From Octopus sinensis (lineage: Eukaryota), in the NCBI RefSeq assembly GCF_006345805.1, contig NC_043000.1, positions 5,208,001-5,272,000 on the forward strand: a stretch of 64,000 nucleotides of DNA. The letters are read 5' to 3'. The notes beneath the pieces are model-generated. The model was not told where the DNA came from. It saw only the letters and a program-made list of their open reading frames with translations, and did not search any database. Both the position numbers and the translations under genes were made by a program. Below are positions 50,493 through 64,000 of the stretch, piece after piece (the stretch's first letter is position 1; the number at the start of each line of letters is the position of its first letter).

Positions 50493-51835
50493 AAGAACAG
50501 GAAGGCAAAACACAACCAAAAGTGGGCTCAGTAATGAACTCCAGAACCTGCTCTGGTATCCAGTATCAAAGAATGCTGGGCATGGAACCTGGGATAGGCA
50601 AAAGTGCTCGTTATGCAATCATTTTGGTATTTTGTTGAAGCACGTTTATGTCCTACAAAACTTTGGATAACACATTGTTTTCTGCTTATTACTTATATAT
50701 ATATGATTATGATGATGTTGATGGTAACGATGATGATGATGATGACAGTGATGAAGACAATGATGATGATGATTGAAATATGTATTGAATGAGTTTTAAA
50801 AAAATAGTAATGGTAACAACAAAATTTGAACCCAAATGCACCTTACTCATTAATTTAGTTACAAATCCTAAAGGAGAAGTTTTGTTATACCCCTGCTTGA
50901 AATTTGGTGGCATTGGGTGTGGCAGCACAACCTATACAGCAACCACCATGCACCACTGGTCTTGAAATCACACAATGAATATTGTCATCATACAAGCTAT
51001 GTCCTTCTTTTCCAGTCACCCCTGAAAACATGTTCAGATATTGGAAAATATTACCTATCTCAGAAACAGGAAAAGATTGGTGTAAGGCAGTTGCATCTGG
51101 CTGCAAAAAATCTGCCTCACCAAATTTCACCTATTCCATGCAGGTATGGCAAAATGGATGTTAAGACAATAACACTCTGAGTATAAAACAGAATCAGAGT
51201 AAAAACTTTCCATAAATCAAACACCAGACTTAATTGCTTAAAAATAAACTGTTGATCACCTGAAATTAGAGGCATTTCATTTTTTTCTTCTTTCTTTCTT
51301 TCTTTTTGTAAATTAATGATTTTTATTTCTATGTTAGTGGAACTCTTCAACTCATGTCTGGAAATCACTTAATTCTTAATTCAAGAACATTCAAGAATAT
51401 TTATTTCAAATGTTTGGAGATACAATTTCAAAAACCTCAACAGAACACTATAATTAGGTGTGTGTATGTGCATGTGCGCGTACATACATATGCATACATA
51501 TACACACACATGTATATACATACATATATAAATATATATACACACATACACAAATATGTGTGGTGTGTGTGTATATAGGCATTCCATAAATTTGAAACAT
51601 GATCCAAAACAAAGTATGGCAGAATCCAGGTAAAAGGTTTCATAAATCAAACAACCAGCCGACTACTTAAAAGCAAGCACATGTGGCTTTAAATGCGAAG
51701 AATTTAATAATAATTTTTTCTTTTTTTTTTTCTGATTAATATATTTATTTTCAGATACACCTGATACTGCGAGCACATACACATTAGTTCTGAATTCACT
51801 GGATAACTGGATGTGTGTGTGTGTGTGTGTGCATA

Positions 51836-52249
51836 TACTCTTTACTCTTTTACTCTTTTACTTGTTTCAGTCATTTGTCTGTGACCATGCTGGAGCACTG
51901 CCTTTAGTCGAGCAAATCGACCCCGGGACTTATTCTTTGTAAGCCTAGGACTTATTCTATCAGTCTCTTTTGCCAAACAGCTAAGTTACGGGGATGTAAA
52001 TAAACCAGCATCAGTTGTCAAGTGATGTTGGGGGGACAAACACAGACACAAACATATACACATACGTACATATATATACATATATACGACGGGCTTCTTT
52101 CAGTTTCCATCTACCAAATCCACTCACAAGGCTTTGGTTGACCCAAGGCTATAGTAGAAGACACTTGCCCAAGGTGCCACACAGTGGGACTGAATCCGGA
52201 ACCATGTGGTTGGTAAGCAAGCTACTTACCACACAGCCACTCCTACGCC
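51836..52249 (-). mobile_element. SINE family A, full-length
   Basis: Reverse complement of the 31716 copy. Confidence 0.9.
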
Positions 52250-52275
52250 TATAAGCAATGAAATTCTGGAAATAA

Positions 52276-52624
52276 TCTGTTGTGTCTGGGGAAAGTCATT
52301 TTCTGTTTGTGCTTTATAACATAACACCCTCACCAGTAAAATTTCCACTTATTTCTTTTTTATATTTTCCTAAAATTTTCGTTGCATCTTGCAACCTTTT
52401 CAATAGTCAAGACTATTCAAAACTATTGAAAAGGTTGAAAAGGTTGCAAGACACAACGAAAATTTTAGGAAAATATAAATAAGAAATAAGTGGAAATTTT
52501 ACTGGTGAGTGTGTTACATTATAAGGCACAAAAAGAAAATGACTCTCCCCAGACACAACAGAATATGCTTCAACACATGAACTCACATAAAGAATCTTGC
52601 AAACCAAATCCCAAAACGAAATAT
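52276..52624. mobile_element. PLE-like fold-back element (~132-bp arms) with variant hammerhead in each arm
   Basis: 52276-52407 pairs with 52422-52562; extension 52563-52624 matches 11052-11094. Confidence 0.7.
52370..52406 (-). ncRNA. Minimal hammerhead-like motif with U3-A8 covariation
   Basis: cta TTGAAAA G GTTGC aagat GCAAC GAAA A TT T tag. Confidence 0.45.
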
Positions 52625-52993
52625 TGTCATAAGTTTATCAAAAACGTCCATGCCTGTTTTCAGACTTTTAGTTAGCTCTTGATTCATAAGTTCTGAGTAA
52701 TATAATGCTTTCCTTTCATAAGTCCCGAGTTACCCTAGTGGTTGAAAAAAAAATTGGGAATGTGTATCATATGTTATACATGGACACCAAGGACAGGCAA
52801 AGGGTTTTGTAGCTTAGGCACATAAATCCTACTTTCATGGAACAATGATTGACTCACACTTTGTTTCACATATATGATACGTGGATGTGAGGGACACATG
52901 TGCTGTGCATCATGTGGGATATACAGGATAAGCAGAGGATTAAGATTTTGTTCCAAACGTTCTGAGTAATATAAAGTTATCTTTTAACAGCCT

Positions 52994-53256
52994 GTGGAGG
53001 CACCTGGCTTAGTGGTTAGAGTGTCAGCATCATGACTGTAAGATTGTGGTTTCAATTCTTGGACCAGGCGATGTGTTGTGTTCTTGAGCAAAACACTTCA
53101 TTTCACATTGCTCCAGTCCACTCAGCTGGCAAAAATGAGTAACACTGTGTTGGACTGGCATCCCATCCAGCTTGGGAACACATATGCCATGGAAACCGGG
53201 GAACTGGGCCTATGAGACTGGTTAGGCTATAAAAGGGTGCATTTATTTATTTATTA
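52994..53256 (+). mobile_element. SINE family C (variant body 3), full-length
   Basis: TSD ttttaacagcct at 52982-52993 and 53257-53268; (attt)n tail; related copy 53320-53530. Confidence 0.9.
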
Positions 53257-53744
53257 TTTTAACAGCCTAAGTTACTCTAGTGCTTGAGAAAAAATATGAA
53301 AGCATATCGTATATGATGTGGGTGTGTATGGCTTAGTGATTAACGCATCGGACTCAGGATTGTAAGATAGTGGTTTCAATTCCTGGGCAGTGATTTCTGT
53401 TTTGAGCAAAACGCTTCATTTCATGTTGCTCCAATCCACTCAGCTGGCAAAAATGAGTAATCCTATGACAGACTGGCATTCGGTCCAGGGAAGAATATAG
53501 ACACCAGACAAACTGGGAAACTAGTTCTATGCTCCTTATGGAGTGATGTGGACTAATCATGAACAACAAGGAAATATGTCCTGTGTACCATGCGTGATAT
53601 ACAGGACAAACAAAGGCTCAAGAGGATTGTAACAATGTACACCAACATCATCAACTTTGCCATTTTTATAGCTTTCTGATAATTGTCATTAAAATTCTCA
53701 GCTTTGTTTTATTCCTTCTGGGTCATGGCAGATTTGGTTGTGTA

Positions 53745-54235
53745 CCATTTTGCTGAGGTCAACTTTGCTTTTCATCCTTTTAGGGTCAATAAATTAAGCT
53801 CCAGTCAAACACTGGGGTTGATGCTATTGACTATCCCTCCCCCAAAATTTAAGGTCATGTGCCTATAGAAGAAAAGATTATCATTACAATTATTATTAAG
53901 GTGACGATCTGACAGAATCGATTGCATGCTCGGTGAAATGCTGACTAGTATTTCATCCATCTTTACATTCTAAATGACTTTGCCTTTCAACCTTTTGAGG
54001 CAGATAAATTAAATACCAGCCAAGTACTGGGGTCGATGTAATCGACTATAAACCTCAACAAAAAAATTTCAGGCCTTGTGCCTATAGCAGAAAGGGTTAT
54101 TATTATTATTAGAAAAACAAGTCAGCAAAAACACTGAAGTCAATAAAATAAGTACCAGTTGTACACTGGGGTCCATGTGATCAACAAACCCTCTTCTCCA
54201 AAATTTCAGGCCTTATGTTTGCAGTGGAAAAGATC
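53745..54235 (+). mobile_element. Cluster of three SINE B copies/fragments
   Basis: Repeated gactttgcctttca.ccttt...aagtaccag...ctggggtc core. Confidence 0.7.
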
Positions 54236-56254
54236 ATCATCATCACCACCACCACCACCATCAACATCACCACTACCACCATCAACATCACCACTACCAC
54301 CATCAACATCATCACCACCATCATCGTCATCACCATCATCATCATCATTGTTAAAAAGCCTTCTTTTCTTGCTAACACCTTGAGCAGTTCACATGCCTTT
54401 ATGATTCTGTGAGATACTTTGGTGGGCGTTCAAACTTCTGACATGTCTAACGAATTTAGATAGGTCTTGGGCAACGATCCAAAATGGTCAGGCTAAGTAC
54501 AAGAAATCAGACCTCCAAGTTAAAAGATTAGACATGGAGCTAGCTTACCCCATTTCTGTAAATACTAAATATAGTTATGGATAACTGCAAAAGAGAACAT
54601 AAAAAGTGCAGCAGACACAGGAAACTGGCTTTATGATCAAATTTGATAAACGGGCAAATGTTTGAAAGTTATGTCTGCTTATGCCAAAAATGAAATCTAA
54701 AATATATGCCAATATCTAGTTATGAGTACAAAGTAATATATCAGTTTTGCTTTAAAAAGAAAAGAGGATACCCTGCAAAGAGGGAGAGAGAGAGAGAGGT
54801 GGGGTGAGAGAGATAGTGAGAAATGAATAATTAATTGTACATGAGATGCTGAGACATTTGATTGGTTAAAGTATTTGATTCTCAACTTTCTTTGGATAAA
54901 TTGGCGCAGGTTCTGGATGTGTGGCAAGAGAAATTTGTCGTTTCTTGACTCCAACTACAGGGTGATTCAAAAGTCTCCCTTTGTGGGCAGTAAAGAAATA
55001 AGAAGCTAAATTCTCAGATATGAGATAAAACCCATGATTTGATACAATTTTACTAAATTCTTCATTATTTCTAAGATTAATTGAAATGAAGATCACTGCC
55101 TCCAATGCCCCCTCCCCTCTCAAATATTCCTTGTCTTGCAAGTTACTTGGTGACCTTGCTGGTACTGGTGCTGGTGCCATGTAAAAAGCATCCAATCCAC
55201 ACTGTTGACATTTGGAAAGGAATCCAGGTGTAAAAACTATGCCAAAACTGACTTTGCCTGTGCTGATGCCATGTGAAAAGCACTCAGTCCATTCTGTGGG
55301 GTGGTCTGTGTTAGGAAGGGTATCCAGTCATAAAAAACCACGCCAAAACCGACACAGAAGCCCGTAGTAGTTCTTCTGCTTGGCCAGCTCCAGTCAAACT
55401 GTCCAACCCATGCCAGCATGGAAGGAGGATGTTAAATGATGATGATGATGATAATGATGATGATGAAATCAGTGTATTTCAACAGAGATATGGTGACAAA
55501 AGGGTTAGAAGAATAGCGAGTGTACTTGACCAAATCTTTAGATTTTTTCTGTATGAAAGTGGCTTTGCTTTTAATGAATAACTACGTGTTGTAGTTCATC
55601 ACTTCATATAAAGTGCAGACTATATGACGTATGTATAAGACAATGATGTTTTAAGAATCACTGATTTAAGGTAATCCTCAGGCAGAAACAGTGCAACACA
55701 GCATATATAATAAAGTAAGGTTCTTCATATTATGGGCCCAGTTTATGCCATGAGATTCTAATCCATGTATTTCTTTTACAGGGCTTCAGTCAACCTGAGG
55801 CTATAGAGAAAGACATTAGACATTGGCTCAAGAAGCAGAGCCTGATAAAACAACAACAAACCAACATTGGTTGTTTCACTATTTATTTTATCAGCTTACT
55901 TTTTGCTTTAAAGACTAGGTTTATTGCAGCTTTCTTTTAGTTCGTTATTTTCAGGCAATCACCATCAATGTTTCTTGTTACAGACTAAATTTGATTAGAA
56001 TCCTTCACTCTTTACTGATTACAGCTGAGAGCCATTTTGATAGTGGCATTGTAGCAAAATGAGAAATTGTATACAATACCAAATTCTACAAATTGTCTGA
56101 AGATCTCGTGTAACCATGGCAACAGAGAATGTATATATATATATATTTTTTTTTTTTATTAATGTATCAAAGCAAAGTAGCTATGGTAACAAAAATAATG
56201 TTGCTTCCAACGCCAGCAATCCTTATTTATATATGCACATGCACAAACATCATA

Positions 56255-56286
<32 letters not shown>

Positions 56287-56464
56287 GAGGGGATGCACTT
56301 GTGAACATGTGAGATTTGCAGTCACCAGGGTAACGAGCTGTTTGCTTGTTCAGCTTTTTACATCATTTCAGAGAAAAATACTGCAGCCATAGTGACAAAA
56401 TTTTTCCCTCATTATTTCAGTTAGCAGGTATAAAACAACTGAAGTCTACTCAATGCTCGGTATT

Positions 56465-56490
56465 ACATACATATATAAATACACACATAC

Positions 56491-56532
<42 letters not shown>

Positions 56533-56616
56533 CCATATCCATATTCATATATGTACACACACATATATATATATATACATATATACATATATATATATAT
56601 GATATATATATACATA

Positions 56617-56656
<40 letters not shown>

Positions 56657-56684
56657 ATATCCATATTCATATATGTACACACAC

Positions 56685-56723
<39 letters not shown>

Positions 56724-56730
56724 TGTGTGT
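56465..56730. repeat. (TA)n/(TG)n field with a duplicated atccatatccatattcatatatgtacacac unit
   Basis: Directly visible. Confidence 0.9.
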
Positions 56731-56954
56731 AAATGTTCTTTTCCATTCACTTTGATATCCATTTCCTATTTCATGCTAGCATGGTCGGGATATGTGTACA
56801 GTGTGAGAGCAATTCTTTTGTTTTCCTTTTTATTTTGTAAATTTGGATGTTTTTATTTTTTATTTCTGACAATCACAACTGAACTGTGAAGTAAGAAAGG
56901 AATCTATTTGTCAGCCAGAAAAATGAGGCAAATGGTGTTTTATTTTTTATCGTT

Positions 56955-57330
56955 TTATCTTTTGCTTGTTTCAGCCATTAGACTGTGGCCATGCTGGGGC
57001 ACCACCTTGAAAGGTTTAGCTGAACAAATCAACCCCAGTACTTATTTTTTGAGCCTGTCTTTTTTTTTTTTTTTTACCAAACTTCTACTTTAGGGGGATG
57101 TAAATGCACCAACACCAGTTGTCAAGTTGCAGTGGGGGACAAACACACAACACACACACACACACGCGTGCACACACACATGTACGACAGGTTTCTTTCA
57201 GTTTCTGTCTGCCAAATCCACTCACATGGCTTTGGTCGACCCAAGGCTATAGTAGAAAGCACTTACCCAAGGTGCTACACAGTTGGACTGACACCAGAAC
57301 CTGGCGGTCTTCTTACCACACAACCACACA
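56955..57330 (-). mobile_element. SINE family A, diverged
   Basis: Homology to 31716. Confidence 0.7.
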
Positions 57331-58714
57331 CTATGCATTTCTCCCATGTGGACAAGACAACGGTGCACAGTAAAATTTTTTTTCACAACCTGCATCACTA
57401 CTTGGTCTGCAAACTTAAGATGAAAGATAGTATAGATGTAACAATTAAATGCCTTCTAAGTTGTCTCTGTTAACTCATTACTATCACCACCACCACCACC
57501 ACCACCACCACCATCGCCATCATTATCATCACTGCCATTGTTTAATATCCATTTTTCCCCATGTTTGCATGGGTTGGACAGAATCTGTAGCAGCAGATTT
57601 TCTATGATCAGAAACCTTTCCCATTGCCAACCCTCACCTGTTTCCAAGCAAGTTCTGAGTTCAAATTCTGCCATGGTCGATTTTGCCTTTCATCCTTTTG
57701 GGGATGATAAAATAAGTACCAGTTAAACACCAGGGATCATTGTAATCAAGTTATCCCCTTCTCTGAAATTGCTGGCCTTGTGTCAAAATTTGAAACCAAC
57801 ATTTCCTCATAACCAGGCAACTTTACATAAAAGACTGGAAACCCGTTACATGATGGTGCAACTCATTTACAACTATCATACCATGTCAATGCCAGAAGAC
57901 AGTAACTCTCACATACACACATTACAACAGGTTTCTTTCAGTCTCCATCCTCCAAATCCATCCACAACGCTTTGGTCACTTGAAGACATTTGCCCAAGGT
58001 GCCTGCTATACACTGGGACTGAACACAGAACCATGGGATTAGAAAGCAAACTTCTTACCACGCAGCCAAACCTGTGCCTGTTAATTATGTATAATGAAAT
58101 TATTAAAAAACATTTCCATCATAGAAATATTTTCCATGCATCTGTGCCATACTTCATTTACACACAACTGCAATAAATAAATTTTACTGAAATAAAGAAT
58201 TACGCTGCTGATGACTGGGTGATGTTAAGACTCAAAGATGGAAACTTTGTAAAAGAAAGACAAAAAATAACAGAAATGTGAATTGCTTTGCAACTAATAT
58301 GACAGCATGAAAAGAACATGTGGTTACATTATTTTGTGAATAATTAAAGAATTTACCATTCAATCTAGCCAAATCCTAAAACCTCTAACGACAGAACTGT
58401 TTGCTCAAACCAGCTGTACTTAACCAAAAACAAGAACAAAATCTCATAAGAAATCAATGTTTTGTTGTTGATTTTTTTTTTGAGTGGATGTTGGTTTTTT
58501 TTAGTTTGATTATTTTCATCAATTTTTTAACGAATACATCTCATGTAGTATTTTGTGTATTGAAGGGTTAAAGAACAATCCTGAATTCCTGAACTGAAGT
58601 GATATTATATCATGTTCTGTTGCCAGCCTTCAACATAAATATCTTAGCATATACATTGTGCTAGGACTAATGATGAAGAATTCCTTTTATTTTTTATAAT
58701 TAATTTATAGCGTG

Positions 58715-59299
58715 TCTTTTACTTGTTTCTGTTATTAGACTGTGGCCATGCTGCAGCACTGCCTTTAGTCACGCAAATCGACTCCAGGACTTATTCTTTG
58801 TAAGCTTAGTACTTATTCTATTGGTCTCTTTTCCCAAACTGCAAAATAACAAGGACATAAACACACCAGCATCCGTTGTCAAGCTATGGTAGGGGGACAA
58901 ACACAGGCACACAAACATATACATACATACATATATGTATACACACACACACACACACACACACGTGATGGGCTTCTTTCAGTTTCCGTCTACCAAATCC
59001 ACTCACAAGGCTTTGGTCGGCCTGAAGCTATAGTAGAAGACACTTGCCCAAGGTGCCACGCAGTGGGACTGAACCTGGAACCATGTGGTTGGTAAGCAAG
59101 CTACTCACCACACACCCACTCTTGTGCCTATATATATATATATGTATGTATGTATGTATACGATGGGCTTCTTTCAGTTTCTGTCTACCAAATCCACTCA
59201 CAAGGCTTTGCTCAGCCCAAGGCTAAAGTAGAAGACACTCACCCAAGGGCACCATGCAGTGGGACTGAACGTAGGGGAAAGCACACAGCCATGCCTGCA
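58715..59299 (-). mobile_element. SINE family A full copy (58715-59128) plus tandem left-half copy (59160-59299)
   Basis: Homology to 31716. Confidence 0.85.
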
Positions 59300-59730
59300 T
59301 ATACACACACGCACACATATATACCCTTATCATCATTAACATCATTGTTTTAACATGCATACATATGTGCAGACGAATAGTCAGCCTTGACCGGCAGAGG
59401 CCGTAGATATGGCATTGAAAATTATAAATAAATCAATTTCTTAAAAACAAATGTCTTTGTTTAGCCTCAGGTCAATATTGATTAATCAAACCTATGATCA
59501 AAAGTATTTTAGCTGGAATAATTCTATCTATTTTGGGGACAGTTTATCAAAGACTGCATTATCCAATGTGCCCCTTGTTTTTTTTGGTTTTTTTTTACAT
59601 AATGGTTGAATGTGATTTGCTGGCAGGAGATTTGACTGTTATTTCTAGTTTGACTGATTGCCTATGTAAAGGCTCATTTGTTGGCTTTGTCATCAAATAC
59701 AATGTCACGCTGATCTTACTTTCAGATTAC

Positions 59731-59788
<58 letters not shown>

Positions 59789-59987
59789 GAGTAGGTGTGT
59801 GGATGTGAGTGTGTGTGCAACAGTCAGCTACAAACACCATAATGTGAGAAGGACTGTATCCATAATCCAAAGTAGTGCCCACCCTGGTCACACTTGCATC
59901 AAGAGGGATATTTTTTTCTTTTTAAATGTACCTAAATCTAAATGTTTTATCAATGCATTATTTAGAACTTTCATAAATTTACTTTAT

Positions 59988-60036
<49 letters not shown>

Positions 60037-60976
60037 TATACACACACATACACAATATATATGCATTACATATATATATATATATATCATATTGATATCA
60101 AATATATATTTATATATATATAAATATGTATATATATGCATATACATGCATACACATACACACACACATATATATATATACACATGCATATACACACATA
60201 CACACATGCATATACATACACACACATATATATATGTATGTATATATATATATGAATATATGTATATATATATACATATATATATGTATACGTGCTTGCA
60301 TATATATATATATATATGCACACACACAATTCATATGTATCTATTATATATGTGTGTGTGTGTAAACACACTTGTACATACACATGCACACACAAGCATG
60401 CACATACACACACACACACACACCCACAAATACATATGCCGACAGAAACTGAATAAAATGAAATGTAGAAGAGTGAAGATTGGTTTTAAAACATCGAGTA
60501 TAGTCGATGCGTAATGTTGAGTCGGTTATATAAGCATACCACAACCTTACAAATACAGACGGTATATGGCGAAGCCACACAGTGTAGATAGAACAATGAA
60601 GGAGAGAGAGAGAGAATGAAGGAGTGAGGGAGGGAGGGAGGGAGATGAAGTGAGACAAAGAGAGAGAGAGAAATTGGGGGGGAGGTAAGTCGGGGTGTTT
60701 ACTGTGGAAAAAAAAAACAGGAGCAAAAAACAGACAAAATATATATGACAACCAATTATTGTGCTGTCTGTCTCTATAGCTATCGATCAGTCAACCTACT
60801 TTTTCGATGACCTACACACACCACACTTCTACGAGCAGAAACCTTGCTGTATCATATTGATCTCCTAACACACAAACACACAGAAACACACACACATGAC
60901 AAGCACACATACGTTCACATACACACGTGCATACGTACGTTCATACAGGTGTGTGTATATATGCAGCAAACTGAAC

Positions 60977-61033
<57 letters not shown>

Positions 61034-61424
61034 CGCACGAACACACACACACACGAACACACACACACGTTTATGATTATCTAAGTCATCGTTGAAGACA
61101 TTACTGAAACCGTGTCAGCATCAACCAAAGTCAAATGAAAGAAGAGAGAGAGAGAAAGAAACCTAAATACTAATGCAATTACCAGAAAGACGGTGCAGAC
61201 ACATGTACATACAAGTATAGAGGGATATGTTTGTGTATACACATGTGAGTGTATATGTACACACGCATACACACACACACACCTATATATATATACATAT
61301 ATATATAGAGAGAGAGAAAGATAGATACATAGATAGATAGACATATGTCTGAAAATATATATATATATATTTAAACATGAATATATGTATATATGTCTAT
61401 AAATTTATATATATTTTCAGTATC

Positions 61425-61612
61425 TGGTGACCATCTCATTGAGACACATTTGTTGTTTACTTCCAGTTTTTTCCCTCCTCATCTCTCCTTTCTAGATAAG
61501 AGCATATGCTTGAAATGTAAATGACTTTTCTTTCTATGTTTTCAGAGAATAAAACTAATACACGCTGTTTGTTTGTATTTTAACCTCATCTTCATGTTTT
61601 TTAATATTTTTG
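61425..61612 (+). mobile_element. PLE-like short element with decayed minimal hammerhead (61488-61527)
   Basis: cttt ctagat aagagc atat gctt gaaa t gta aatgac; downstream ctaatacac..tgtttgttt homologous to 11138 copy. Confidence 0.5.
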
Positions 61613-61695
61613 CATAATATATATATATTTACAATTATACATTTATATGTATGTATATGCACACACACACATATGTGTATGTAATATATATATAT

Positions 61696-61727
<32 letters not shown>

Positions 61728-61730
61728 CAC

Positions 61731-61777
<47 letters not shown>

Positions 61778-61817
61778 CAGTTTATACACACGTACATACA
61801 AATATATATGTATATGC

Positions 61818-61922
61818 CCTGTGCTGGTGGCACGTAAAAAGCAGCCACTGCCTCTCCAGACCTCAGTCAAACCGTCCAACTCATGCCAGCATGGAAAACT
61901 GACGTTAAACGATGATGATGAT
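61818..61922 (+). mobile_element. Family D tail, internally deleted
   Basis: gtgctggtggcacgtaaaaagca joined to ccagacctcagtcaaaccgtccaac...gacgttaaacgatgatg. Confidence 0.75.
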
Positions 61923-61993
61923 GGTGTGTGTGTGTATGTGTGCAATGATGATGTATAGGTGTTTATCCCTGTGTATATGCATATGTGTATATA

Positions 61994-62096
<103 letters not shown>

Positions 62097-62313
62097 ATAT
62101 ACATATACATATATAAATACATACATATATATATACATATATATATATACATATATATATACATATATATAGATATAATTATACATACATATATATACAT
62201 ATATAAACATGCACATATACATACATACAAATAAATATATATTATATATATGAATGTCTACTTATTTATTTGTCATGACTATACTTTAAATAAACAGTAT
62301 GGTGTAAAAGAAC

Positions 62314-62374
<61 letters not shown>

Positions 62375-62780
62375 CATGCGTACAATTCCAGTGTGTAAGC
62401 ACACACAGGCTATTAGTACAGCATCGAAACGCACCTCTCCTGATAATGACCCAGCAACATCTTAATTATTTTTCCATATGATTTATTAACTTTATAGGGT
62501 GTAGCAGATAAAATCAGTGTAACGTTTTAATTATGACACACCGTAAGGAGCGAAAGAAATAAAAATAACGAAAAGAAAAAGACAAAATGAGCAGAAACAA
62601 AACTGTTAAACATAATAAATACTATAAAAAAAGGAGAAACAGACAACTGAAGTAAATAATTAGTTGCTAACTGACTTAACTGGTCCCACCTACTATCTTT
62701 CTCATTAGCAGAGTTTTAGCCCTTTCAAACGTACAGACACACAGAGATACACAGATTTTCTTAATTTCTTTTTCTCTCGC

Positions 62781-62916
62781 TCTATCTATCTATCTATCTA
62801 TCTATCAATCTGTATATCTATCTATCTTTCTATCCATATCTATCTATCTATCTATCAATTTATCTGTCTATCTTCTATCTGTCTATCTATCTATCTATCT
62901 ATCTATCTCTGTCTGT

Positions 62917-62950
<34 letters not shown>

Positions 62951-62953
62951 CTT

Positions 62954-63004
<51 letters not shown>

Positions 63005-63083
63005 CTGTCTGTTTATCTATCTATCTATCTATCTATCTATCTCTATTTGTCTGTTTATCTATCTATCTATCTATCTATCTATT

Positions 63084-63122
<39 letters not shown>

Positions 63123-63193
63123 CTGTCTGTTTATCTATCTATCTATCTATCTATCTCTATTTGTCTGTTTATCTATCTATCTATCTATCTATC
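62781..63193. repeat. (CTAT)n array with ctgtctgttt interruptions
   Basis: Directly visible. Confidence 0.95.
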
Positions 63194-63501
63194 TCTTACT
63201 GATTCCAACATTTTAATAACATAGTTGCTTCTGTCTTTTCTTTCTTTGTTTCTTTCAATAATTGCATCATTTTCATGGACACATTTAGACACAAACACAC
63301 ACGCACACACAAACACACACACACACACACACAGACACACACACACACACATACATAAATACATACATGCACACATACACACACATACATACACACATAC
63401 ACACAAACATACAAGCACAATTACATATACTCACATGCAAGCATTTGAAACTGGTATGATATATATGCATTTATAGACCAACATATGTATGTATGTGTGT
63501 A

Positions 63502-63552
<51 letters not shown>

Positions 63553-64000
63553 GCATATACATACATACATACATACATACTCATACGCACATGTACATAT
63601 GCACAAATGCATTCATACAAGCATATATATTTACACAAAGATGTTTATATAAGTATATATATATATATACACATACATGCACAGAAATATATACACTTGC
63701 ACAGATACACACCATGTATACATACTGATGCATGTACATATACATGTTTACATAAATAAATAGACGCATATGTATGCCGATACACATAAACATGTAATAC
63801 ATACAATATTGCATATATGCATGTGTACATAAATGTATGTATTTATGTATGTGAGTGCATGTATGCAAGTATGTATACATATACTCACACAACATACAAA
63901 AATACATGCATTTATACAGACACACATACAATATACATACATGCATACATACTTTTATATATTCACATATTCATATATTCATACATACATACATACATAC

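Overview
This is AT-rich, microsatellite-saturated eukaryotic non-coding DNA, either intergenic or a giant intron. The repeat landscape is most consistent with an octopod cephalopod genome (inference from SINE families and simple-repeat density). No host protein-coding gene can be supported, and almost all ORF-track calls are translated (TA)n/(CA)n/(CAT)n/(CCAT)n repeats or SINE sequence. The window holds dozens of copies of three tRNA-headed SINE families (called A, B, C here), 3' fragments of RTE-clade LINEs (two with clean target-site duplications), two non-autonomous Helitrons, three TTAA-flanked piggyBac-type MITEs and a hAT-type MITE. The most notable signal is about eight hammerhead-ribozyme (HHR) motifs or remnants in several unrelated short elements that mostly sit in or next to (TA)n/(CA)n tracts. 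Two have intact cores (7.07 kb +, 49.9-50.05 kb -), one is a U3-A8 covariant core (52.4 kb) and one subfamily has an A6U change. Four long fold-back inverted repeats also occur (3.6, 7.4, 50.3, 52.4 kb). This architecture fits Penelope-like element (PLE) pseudo-LTRs or retrozyme-like elements.
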